The translations under genes were made by a program, and so were the position numbers. Below are positions 8,356 to 16,176 of a stretch of DNA of 32,000 bases, piece after piece. Position 1 is the first letter of the stretch. Every line of letters begins with the position of its first letter. This DNA comes from an uncultured Candidatus Saccharimonas sp. GTDB lineage: Bacteria > Patescibacteriota > Saccharimonadia > Saccharimonadales > Saccharimonadaceae. The DNA lies in the NCBI GenBank assembly GCA_963528875.1, contig CAURWT010000001.1, forward strand, positions 60,001-92,000, in the 5' to 3' direction. Under the pieces are notes generated by a model. The model made no database searches. It was given only the letters and a program-made list of their open reading frames with translations, and had not been told where the DNA came from.

Positions 8356-10851
8356 CTAAATTATCTTTCCGCCATTTTTTATGGCTTTTTCTTCAATTTT
8401 TTGCATAATTTTTCGAATCTCTTCACCGTTCAGAGTTTTTTCGAAAGGCATAATCCTAAATCGAATTGAAATATTTTTTGAGCCATCACAATTATTAAAA
8501 ATATCAATCGGTAAAGTTTCAATATTAATTTTGCTAAATTCATCAGAAATATTCTCAAAAATACTAAAAATTTCAGCAAATTTACGATTTTCTTCAACAT
8601 TAATCGAAATATCGCGCTCAACAGATTGGAACTTCGAAAAATCCCTAATTTTCACATTCGAATTTTCAATATTTTCAAGTAAAATTTGCAAATCAAGCTC
8701 AAATCCAGCAGTTGATTCTGACAGTTTTAGCGCTTTTTGAACTGATTTTCTAAACTCACCAATCACACCTAAAATCGTCATTTTGCCATTTTTAGAAATT
8801 TGCATTAAGGCCGAACGTTTTGGTTCAAATTCAGTTGAAAGTGGTAATTTTTCAGTTTCAAATTTCACAAATTCTACATTTAAACCAAGCTTTTTAAATA
8901 GAAATTCTGCATAATTCTTTGCTTCATGAAATGCATTTTCACCCTTATTTTTTGCATAAACGAACGCCAATTTCTTCTGTTCAACTGGCACATTCTCGTC
9001 ATTCAAACCGAGTGATTTTTCAGTGATTTTATTCATTTCGAAAATTGCAAATTCACCAAAACCTGCACGAATATTCTGACTAATTTTAGAAAGCAAACTT
9101 GGCATTAAAGTTTGGCGATAATATTGTAAATCTGGCGAAATTGAATTGATAATCTTATAAGAATTTTGTGGATCTTGGCCAACCTTTTCAAGCAAATCAC
9201 CATGAATAAAACTATAAGTCAAAACTTCATTTGCACCGCTTGCCGCTAAAATATCACGAATTTCAGATTGGAGCAAGTCGATTTTTGCTTTTTTTACCGC
9301 TTTAAAAGTTCGACTTGGTAGTTGCAATTTAATATTATCATAGCCATTTAATCGCCCAACTTCTTCAATTAAATCCTCCTCAATATGTAGATCGTTTCGC
9401 CAAAATGGAATCATAAAAGTTTCAGGATTTTCATTTTTTGCTAAAATTCCAACATTTTCTAGAGTTTGCTGAATTTCTTCATTCGAAAAATCTGTTCCCA
9501 AAACTTGGTTAATTTTATCTTTCGAAACTGAAATTTCAGTTTTATTGTAATAAAAATCACTGTTTGAATCTACAACCTCACTCAAAGATTTTCCACCAAG
9601 CTCCAAAATTCGCACGCCAAATAAATCAAGAACTTTTCGCGATATCATTTCTGGCACACCTTTTGTGAAGCGAGTAATCGCCTCCGAGAAAATTCCATGA
9701 CGCATTTGTGTATTTCGCAAATTATAAAGATTAAATGTAGCACTTTCAACCAAAATTCGTGTTGTATTTTCATCAATTGCGGTCAAAGCTCCACCCATTG
9801 CGCCAGCAAGTGCCACGGCCGTTTCAGCGTTTTCGCCAATTGCAATCACGATGTCTTGGCTACTCATTTTGATTTTTTTGCCGTCTAAAAGCTCTAATTC
9901 TTCATTTTCGAAAGCTTTTCGAACGGTAATTTTGATGTTTTCACTACCGTTAATTTTTGCCAATTTATCAAAATCAAAAGTGTGGAGCGGCTGCCCAGTT
10001 TCAAGCATAAGTTCATTTGCTAAATCAGTTATCGAATCAATCGGCCGCATTCCAGAACGCAAAAGATAAGTTTTTGCAATTGTTAAGTTTGGATTTTTTA
10101 AAATTTCAGAGATATCAAAAACTGCCGCTGTGTAACGTTCACAAATTTCAGGATCTGAAATTTCAATTTCAACCATTTTATTGCTTTTAGCTTTAAAACT
10201 CAAACCTCTTATAAAATCTGGCTCAACAAATTTTTGTCCCAAGATTCCTGCAACTTCACGAGCAAAGCCAACAATTCCAAAACAATCTGGGCGATGAGTC
10301 AAGCTTTTATTTTCAACTTCGAGCAGAAAATCATTTAATTCAAATTTCTCCGCAAAAGAATCACCTGCCTGAACACCGTTTTCGAAAACCTCTGGTGAAA
10401 TTTCAAGAATACCATCATGTTCTTCGCCTAGACCAAGCTCGCGAAGACTTGCAATCATTCCGTTGCTCATATAGCCCATTAGTTTTCGTGCACCAAGTTT
10501 AAAGTTATCACCACCAAAAGTTTCTGGCACAATTGACTCCGGCGGAAGCCAAGCCACAAAAATTCCAGCTCGCACATTTGGCGCACCACAAACCACCTGA
10601 ATAAACCCGTCTTCATCGCGAGCAATATTTTTTCTTATACCACCGTCATCAATCTTGCATAGATTTAAATGATCAGAATTTTCAACTTTCTGGGCAGAAA
10701 TAACCTTGGCAATAATCACATCTTTATATTTTTCGCCCAAATTTTCAATACTTTCAATTTCAACCAGCCTTGCACCAATCAATTTCGAAAGCTCACCAAT
10801 ATCTGGCAAATCTGGAACAAATTTTTTAAGCCAATTTACTGAAATTATCAT
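8356..10851 (-). CDS. pheT: Phenylalanine--tRNA ligase beta subunit
   Basis: 831 aa with the typical N-terminus MIISVNWLKKF and tRNA-binding OB domain (VVCGAPNVRAG). Length and domain order fit bacterial PheT. The start overlaps the upstream ORF (ATGA). Confidence 0.95.
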   Translation of the reverse strand: MIISVNWLKKFVPDLPDIGELSKLIGARLVEIESIENLGEKYKDVIIAKVISAQKVENSDHLNLCKIDDGGIRKNIARDEDGFIQVVCGAPNVRAGIFVAWLPPESIVPETFGGDNFKLGARKLMGYMSNGMIASLRELGLGEEHDGILEISPEVFENGVQAGDSFAEKFELNDFLLEVENKSLTHRPDCFGIVGFAREVAGILGQKFVEPDFIRGLSFKAKSNKMVEIEISDPEICERYTAAVFDISEILKNPNLTIAKTYLLRSGMRPIDSITDLANELMLETGQPLHTFDFDKLAKINGSENIKITVRKAFENEELELLDGKKIKMSSQDIVIAIGENAETAVALAGAMGGALTAIDENTTRILVESATFNLYNLRNTQMRHGIFSEAITRFTKGVPEMISRKVLDLFGVRILELGGKSLSEVVDSNSDFYYNKTEISVSKDKINQVLGTDFSNEEIQQTLENVGILAKNENPETFMIPFWRNDLHIEEDLIEEVGRLNGYDNIKLQLPSRTFKAVKKAKIDLLQSEIRDILAASGANEVLTYSFIHGDLLEKVGQDPQNSYKIINSISPDLQYYRQTLMPSLLSKISQNIRAGFGEFAIFEMNKITEKSLGLNDENVPVEQKKLAFVYAKNKGENAFHEAKNYAEFLFKKLGLNVEFVKFETEKLPLSTEFEPKRSALMQISKNGKMTILGVIGEFRKSVQKALKLSESTAGFELDLQILLENIENSNVKIRDFSKFQSVERDISINVEENRKFAEIFSIFENISDEFSKINIETLPIDIFNNCDGSKNISIRFRIMPFEKTLNGEEIRKIMQKIEEKAIKNGGKII

Positions 10852-11432
10852 TTATCACTCCTTAAAATTTCTTCTAAAACTACAGGTTGATTTTCTTCAA
10901 AAAAATGTCGACCCGACCCTTCTACTATTTTATAATTAATATTTTTCAATTTTGATTTTATTTTTTCGATCGACATAAGTACTTCTTTAACTTCATCTTC
11001 AGCTTCTAGTAAAATTATATCTTCCAAGACTCTTTCATAAATATTCTCACTAAGATTAAAATCGAAGAATGATTCATCAAATTCATATTTATCTATATCG
11101 TTATCAAAAGTCCCAATCCATGGTGAAAGTAAGACTAGTTTTCTAACCCGAATATTATTTTCGCTCAAATATCTAAGTAAAAATCCACCCCCACAAGACC
11201 AGCCAACCAAAATAGTCTCTTCATCCAATTCAAATCTTTCAAGTTCCTTTTTCCAAATTTCATAATTTGGTGCGTAGGAATTGGGCATTTCAATAGCAAT
11301 AGGATGAATTTCTCTAACCATCAGTTGCTTAGACAACCAAGGAATAAAAACCTCATTACTTGGCGAAGGCCTATCTAGCTGTTTCCAATCTTCAAATTTT
11401 GTCCATCCATGAATAATAATAGCCTTCTTCAC
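10848..11432 (-). CDS. Small alpha/beta serine hydrolase (YdeN/RBBP9-like family)
   Basis: 194 aa. N-terminal IIIHGW, nucleophile elbow GWSCGGG and C-terminal GRHFF match the layout of the roughly 190-aa Ser_hydrolase family. The GTG start directly follows the pheS TAG stop, and the stop overlaps the pheT ATG. Confidence 0.65.
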   Translation of the reverse strand: MKKAIIIHGWTKFEDWKQLDRPSPSNEVFIPWLSKQLMVREIHPIAIEMPNSYAPNYEIWKKELERFELDEETILVGWSCGGGFLLRYLSENNIRVRKLVLLSPWIGTFDNDIDKYEFDESFFDFNLSENIYERVLEDIILLEAEDEVKEVLMSIEKIKSKLKNINYKIVEGSGRHFFEENQPVVLEEILRSDK

Positions 11433-12452
11433 CTAAAACTCCTTTAGAAATTCTAACTTTGCACTTTCGAAATAACGAATATCCGAAATTCCATATTTAA
11501 GCATTACGAGACGCTCAATTCCACCACCCCAGGCAAAACCACGATATTTTTTACTATCAATTCCAGCAGCTTCCAAAACATTTGGGTGAATCATTCCACA
11601 ACCAAGCATTTCAAGCCATTCACCTTTTTTACCACCAAGTGCCTCAGGTTTCTCAATCAAAAACTCAAGGCTCGGCTCAGTAAACGGAAAATAGCCCGGC
11701 TGCGTGCGAATTTCTAGTTTTTGGCCATAGTATTCTTCGAAAAAGGCGTGAAGCGTGCCAAGCATTTGTGCTAAGTTCGCAGTTTCGCTCACAAAAACGC
11801 CCTCACATTGATAAAAAGTATGTTCATGAGTAGCATCTAAGTCTTCATTGCGAAAAACTCGCCCATAAGAAACATGCGCAATTTGGCCCTCTTCTTCAAG
11901 TTGCTTTTTACCATGTTTCAAAACACGGTTCTGCATTGTTGAGGTATGAGCTGGCGGAATAAAGTTTTCCTCCGTTCGAAAAGTATCGTAGCCATCTCGT
12001 GCTGGATGATTTTCAGGAAAGTTTAACGCACCAAACATATTCCAGTCGTTATCGATCTGGCGAGATTCTACCGCTTCAAAGCCCATTCGTGTATAAATGT
12101 CCACCACTTTTTCAAGCTCTTTTTGGAGTGGATGCTTCGAACCATTTTTCGCACTCAAAAGTTGCGGTTTTTTAGAAACTTTATCGCGAGAGCTTTCTGC
12201 AAAAGGCGCGGTAATATCAATCTCTTCAACTTCAGCATTCTCTTTTTCTTCAAGTTTTTTTGAAACTTCAGCCTGAATTTCATTTTTTAAATCATTCACT
12301 TTCGCGCCAAATTCACCTTTTTGCTCATTCGGCAGAGTTGGAATAATTTTATAAAGTTCTTTAATTTTTGGTGATTTCAAAATATCGCTCGGGTTTTCGA
12401 GTTCCTGAAGTTCCGCCAAAAGTTCATTTCTAATCTGTTGAATTTGTTCCAT
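11433..12452 (-). CDS. pheS: Phenylalanine--tRNA ligase alpha subunit
   Basis: 339 aa with class II motifs (FRNEDLDATHEHTFYQCEG, GFAWGGGIERLVMLKYGISDIR). Confidence 0.95.
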   Translation of the reverse strand: MEQIQQIRNELLAELQELENPSDILKSPKIKELYKIIPTLPNEQKGEFGAKVNDLKNEIQAEVSKKLEEKENAEVEEIDITAPFAESSRDKVSKKPQLLSAKNGSKHPLQKELEKVVDIYTRMGFEAVESRQIDNDWNMFGALNFPENHPARDGYDTFRTEENFIPPAHTSTMQNRVLKHGKKQLEEEGQIAHVSYGRVFRNEDLDATHEHTFYQCEGVFVSETANLAQMLGTLHAFFEEYYGQKLEIRTQPGYFPFTEPSLEFLIEKPEALGGKKGEWLEMLGCGMIHPNVLEAAGIDSKKYRGFAWGGGIERLVMLKYGISDIRYFESAKLEFLKEF

Positions 12453-12463
12453 AATTATCTTTA

Positions 12464-12492
12464 ATTATACCATAACAGTATCTTTTTGTCGA
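12464..12492 (-). promoter_or_regulatory. Promoter of the pheS-hydrolase-pheT-FKBP-trxB operon
   Basis: On the minus strand: TCGACA (12492..12487), a 17-nt spacer, then TATAAT (12469..12464). Only 11 nt separate the -10 box from the ATG, and there is no SD. Confidence 0.5.
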
Positions 12493-12505
12493 TTTTTTAA
12501 AAAAA

Positions 12506-12772
12506 TTAAACTCGCTGTGATGCCACCCAAATATAAAGCCCAAGTGCCACTAAAATTGCCACAAAAACTAAAAGCCATATAAAAGCTAGTCCTGTGGTTT
12601 CTTTTGTCCCTTCAAGATACGCACTATCTTCAGGCTGAACGATTTCGCCTTTGCTATTTGGCGTTTCACCCCCCTCTTTGAGCGAGTTTTTAATCTGTTT
12701 TTCACGAAGTTCTGCTGCAATCTTTTCTTGCAATTCAGTTCGATTATCATCTTGTTTTACATATAAAGCCAT
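12506..12772 (-). CDS. Small tail-anchored membrane protein, hypothetical
   Basis: 88-aa ORF with a charged N-terminal part and one C-terminal TM helix (GLAFIWLLVFVAILVALGLYIWV). A TGaTACAAT extended -10 box lies 6 nt upstream of the ATG. No family recognised. Confidence 0.45.
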   Translation of the reverse strand: MALYVKQDDNRTELQEKIAAELREKQIKNSLKEGGETPNSKGEIVQPEDSAYLEGTKETTGLAFIWLLVFVAILVALGLYIWVASQRV

Positions 12773-12791
12773 AACTATATTGTATCAGATT

Positions 12792-12821
12792 TTGACATTT
12801 TCGAAAAGTTTATGATAAAAT
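12792..12821 (+). promoter_or_regulatory. Promoter of the MIP channel gene
   Basis: TTGACA (12792..12797), an 18-nt spacer containing TTTTCGAAAA, then TGaTAAAAT (-10 at 12816..12821). An AGGAGGG SD lies 4 nt before the ATG. Confidence 0.5.
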
Positions 12822-12850
12822 ATAAACATAAGTTAAAATAAGGAGGGAAG

Positions 12851-13687
12851 ATGGCAACAAAAAAAGCCAATTTAAAGAAATCTTCAAAGACTGCTCGCAA
12901 AAAAGCAACTGAAGAAGTTTTGAAAGTTGAAAAAACGGTTAAAGCTATCGTTAAGAATGATAAGAAAACTGATACTATCTTTCTTGAGGAAATTTCAAAA
13001 CCAAGTTTTATTTCAGCAGTAGCGCTTGAATTTATTGGAACATTTCTACTCGCGGCTGGCATTATTATTAGTCAAGGTCAACCAATCGGTGTAATGTTTA
13101 TTCTTATGTCAATTGTTTTGATTGCTGGAGGAATTAGTGGAGCTCACGTTAACCCATTAATTACAATCGGCGCTTGGGCAACTCGCAGGATTAACACAAT
13201 TAAAGCTATTTTTTATATTATTGCTCAAGTTTTAGGTGCGATGGTTGCTTTTATGCTTTTAAATGCCTTTGTCAGCACACAAGATACTCTACAATCATAT
13301 GGTCAAAAACCGACTTTATTTACTGCAAACCCTATTCCAAAAGATAAGGAAATGCTAGCACTTGCTGCTGAATTTATTGGCTCATTTATTTTTGCATTCT
13401 CTGTTGCAACTACAACTTCAGATAAGAAGAATGGAAATATGGCAAAAGCACTTGGTGTTGGTGGTGGCCTATACTTGGCAGTTTTAATTGCAGGATCTCT
13501 CGCAACATTAATCGGATCTTCAGCAATAGTTAACCCAGCAGTAGCATTCTCACTTCAAGCATTCACTGTAAAAAACCAAAATATCCCTTATGCAATTGCA
13601 ACCTATATCGGTGCGGCATTAATTGGTGGAATCCTTGGTTTCGTGTTAAGCCATCTAATTCAAAAATCAACCGAAGAAGAAAAATAA
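12851..13687 (+). CDS. MIP-family channel (aquaporin / glycerol facilitator-like) with a Lys-rich N-terminal extension
   Basis: 278 aa. It has six hydrophobic segments and two half-helix motifs: SGAHVNPLITIG (NPL at 13151..13159) and SAIVNPAVAFS (NPA at 13532..13540). About 50 aa of basic sequence precede TM1. Confidence 0.85.
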   Translation: MATKKANLKKSSKTARKKATEEVLKVEKTVKAIVKNDKKTDTIFLEEISKPSFISAVALEFIGTFLLAAGIIISQGQPIGVMFILMSIVLIAGGISGAHVNPLITIGAWATRRINTIKAIFYIIAQVLGAMVAFMLLNAFVSTQDTLQSYGQKPTLFTANPIPKDKEMLALAAEFIGSFIFAFSVATTTSDKKNGNMAKALGVGGGLYLAVLIAGSLATLIGSSAIVNPAVAFSLQAFTVKNQNIPYAIATYIGAALIGGILGFVLSHLIQKSTEEEK

Positions 13688-13698
13688 TTACCAACAAT

Positions 13699-13730
13699 AA
13701 AAAGAGCAGCTTTCGAAAGTTGCTCTTTTA
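13699..13730. terminator. Bidirectional rho-independent terminator between the convergent MIP and rmuC genes
   Basis: Near-perfect palindrome AAAAGAGCAGCTTTCGAAAGTTGCTCTTTT, with an A-run on one side and a T-run on the other, centred on TTTCGAAA. Confidence 0.6.
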
Positions 13731-13738
13731 AATTAATT

Positions 13739-14839
13739 TTATTCACGAGGCTTATCAAGTATTTGCGGCTCAACTCCAGCTTTATTATCTTCTCCCGAAA
13801 TTTTCACTACATCTTTATCAATTTTACCGAGCTCCTTATGAGCATTATTAAAATGATTAACAGTAGTGCCCAATGATTTCCCAAGACGTTGCATTAGATC
13901 TTCGTATTTCGAAATATGCACGCCCAGTTGGCCAACTCGCTTTTGAATCTCTCTGCTCTGCTCTTCAATTTTTAATGATTTCAAACCCTGCAAAACAGTT
14001 TGAAGATACGCCATAAAACTAGTTGGGCTAACCACAATCACCCGCTTATCACGAAACGCATATTCGATCAAATCTCGCTCTGAGCCCTGAGAACCTACAA
14101 CTCCAGTTAAAGTATCATAATACAAACTCTCGCTAGGAATAAACATAAAAGCAAAATCCATGGTGTTTTCATTCGGGCGAATATATTTCGAAGTTTCATC
14201 AATCCGCATTTTTAAATCATCGCGAACTCTTTTCGCCAAAATCTTTCGCTCTTCGCCTTCAGATTCAACCATCCGATTATAATTTTCGAGGCTAAATTTT
14301 GAATCTACTGGCAAAATCTTATTTTTATCAAGAAAAATAGCTGCATCAACAATTTCACCATTTTTAAATTTATATTGAATTTCAAAAGCATTCGGCGGCA
14401 AAACGTTTTCAAGAACTTGTTCAAGATAAAACTCTCCTAGAACGCCACGCTGTTTTGGATTTTGTAAGGCATTTTGAAGTGTTTTTAGCTCATCCGCAAC
14501 ATTCACAACGCGGTTATTTGTTTCATCAAGCTTTGTAAGCCTTTTCGAAACCTCTTCAACAATTTTTGAACTCTCAGAAATCTGTTTGGCCATTGAATTT
14601 TGAATTTGAAAATTATTTCTCTCAAGCTTTTCTGAAACTTTCTCGTTAAAATTGATTAGGTTAGCATCAATATTTTCACGCATTCTGTTTAAGCTTTTAT
14701 TCAGCTCAATTACATCCATTTTTAGCAAATTTACACTTTGGTCTTCATTTTTTGAAGCTACAATTTTTGAGATTCGAAAAGATTGAAAAATTAAAACCGA
14801 TGCTAAAATTATAATAATGATTATTAGTCCAATTTCCAT
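13739..14839 (-). CDS. rmuC: DNA recombination protein RmuC
   Basis: 366 aa with an N-terminal TM helix, a long coiled coil and the RmuC core (DFAFMFIPSESLYYD, VVSPTSFMAYLQTV). An AAGGAGGG SD is present. Confidence 0.88.
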   Translation of the reverse strand: MEIGLIIIIIILASVLIFQSFRISKIVASKNEDQSVNLLKMDVIELNKSLNRMRENIDANLINFNEKVSEKLERNNFQIQNSMAKQISESSKIVEEVSKRLTKLDETNNRVVNVADELKTLQNALQNPKQRGVLGEFYLEQVLENVLPPNAFEIQYKFKNGEIVDAAIFLDKNKILPVDSKFSLENYNRMVESEGEERKILAKRVRDDLKMRIDETSKYIRPNENTMDFAFMFIPSESLYYDTLTGVVGSQGSERDLIEYAFRDKRVIVVSPTSFMAYLQTVLQGLKSLKIEEQSREIQKRVGQLGVHISKYEDLMQRLGKSLGTTVNHFNNAHKELGKIDKDVVKISGEDNKAGVEPQILDKPRE

Positions 14840-14924
14840 TTACTCCCTCCTTTTAAAACATAAAATACCTAATAAAAAATACGCGAACGATAATAACAAT
14901 AACTATATTAAATTATAGCATGTT

Positions 14925-14958
14925 TCAACAAAAATAAAAGGCGCATTTAACGCCTTTT
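14925..14958 (-). terminator. Terminator after greA
   Basis: On the minus strand the hairpin AAAGGCG-ttaaatg-CGCCTTT is followed by TATTTTTG. Confidence 0.5.
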
Positions 14959-14969
14959 TAAGTTTGAAT

Positions 14970-15434
14970 TTAGTGAATCGCCACAAGAGTCATATTCATA
15001 TTTTGAGAATTTGCTGTCCAGCTGATAATTTCGTTTACTGTTCGGCCAAGCACACTTTTTCCCAGAGGACTCTCGGCAGAAATCTTACCAATAAGCGGAT
15101 TCGCTTCTAAACTCTCAACAATTCGAAATTTCATAATTCGCCCAGTTGCACGATCGAAAAGTTCCACAAATGAACCAATAGAAACCTTCGAACTAATTTT
15201 CCTACTCATAGGTAGAATTTTTGAATTATGAATTTGAAAATTCTTTTCATTAATTTCACTTCGGATTGCATCAATTCGTGCAAAAATATCATTTTGCCTT
15301 AGTAAATCCTCTTTAACATCACCATCACGAAGCTCCATCTCGAGCATTTTTTGTTCATGCTCAAGCTTTGTAATTTTCTTTTTTAATTCTTTAAATCCTT
15401 GTTTGCTCAAATAAATTTTAGTGGTATTTTTCAT
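14970..15434 (-). CDS. greA: Transcription elongation factor GreA family
   Basis: 154 aa. The N-terminal coiled coil has a GDVKED tip, which retains the acidic Asp/Glu pair. The C-terminal domain is VSIGSFVEL...FRIVESLEANPLIGKISAESPLGKSVLGRTV. An AAGGAGG SD is present. Confidence 0.8.
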   Translation of the reverse strand: MKNTTKIYLSKQGFKELKKKITKLEHEQKMLEMELRDGDVKEDLLRQNDIFARIDAIRSEINEKNFQIHNSKILPMSRKISSKVSIGSFVELFDRATGRIMKFRIVESLEANPLIGKISAESPLGKSVLGRTVNEIISWTANSQNMNMTLVAIH

Positions 15435-15536
15435 GATTCCTCCTTTTGTAGCAATGCTACGTTATTATTATATCGAATCATTCTTAAAAAACGCTTAAAT
15501 TTATTATTTTGTATTTTTATGATATAATCTAATTAT

Positions 15537-16136
15537 ATGAATAGACAAATTCTAAAACTTAAAAACCAAAAAAAGAGTGATCCTGTAAAAATTATTGCAT
15601 TAGTAGGATTGGCCGGAAGTGGCAAAAGTACTGCTACAAATTATCTAAAACAAAAAGGTTATCCGAGCGTTTATTTTGGTGGAGTTGTAATGAAAGCGCT
15701 AAAAGACGAAAATCTCGAAATTACACCAGCGAATGAAAAAATGATGCGCACAAAACTACGTGAAGATTTTGGCAAAGATATAATTGTAAATAAAATTGTT
15801 GAGCAAATTCAAAATCTCATTAAGTCTGGCCAAAAACGCATTATCGCTGATGGTCTTTACACTTGGACTGAATATAAAATTCTCAAAAAACACTTTCCAA
15901 CTGAACTAAAAGTTATAGCATTAGTTCCACCAAAAAATCTTCGTCACAAGCGAATTTCCTCTCGCCCCGAACGAGCAATGACTTTAGCCGAAATTAACGA
16001 CCGTGACTTTAATGAAATTGAAGTTCTTGAAAAAGGTGGTCCAATCGCAATTGCTGATTATTTCATCGTAAATAAAAATTCAAATCTTCGAACTCGCCTT
16101 AAAATTGATAAAATTCTTAAAGAAATTAACTTTTAA
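15537..16136 (+). CDS. P-loop nucleotide/nucleoside kinase-like protein (dephospho-CoA kinase / UPF0200-like fold); substrate unknown
   Basis: 199 aa with Walker A VGLAGSGKST near the N-terminus. Size and layout fit small NMP-kinase-type proteins. No substrate-specific motif recognised. Confidence 0.55.
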   Translation: MNRQILKLKNQKKSDPVKIIALVGLAGSGKSTATNYLKQKGYPSVYFGGVVMKALKDENLEITPANEKMMRTKLREDFGKDIIVNKIVEQIQNLIKSGQKRIIADGLYTWTEYKILKKHFPTELKVIALVPPKNLRHKRISSRPERAMTLAEINDRDFNEIEVLEKGGPIAIADYFIVNKNSNLRTRLKIDKILKEINF

Positions 16137-16176
16137 AAAACTCGAGATTTATTTACTCGAGTTTTATTATTCTAAT

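Noticed and set aside
12775-13062. 95-aa minus-strand ORF
   Set aside because: It runs antisense across the MIP promoter, SD and first 70 codons. The sequence is low-complexity and hydrophobic with no start context, while the MIP gene on the plus strand has clear family motifs.
14970-15434. Possibility that the GreA homologue is an inactive Gfh1-like factor
   Set aside because: The coiled-coil tip GDVKED keeps the Asp and Glu equivalent to the catalytic acidic pair, so there is no basis for calling it inactive.
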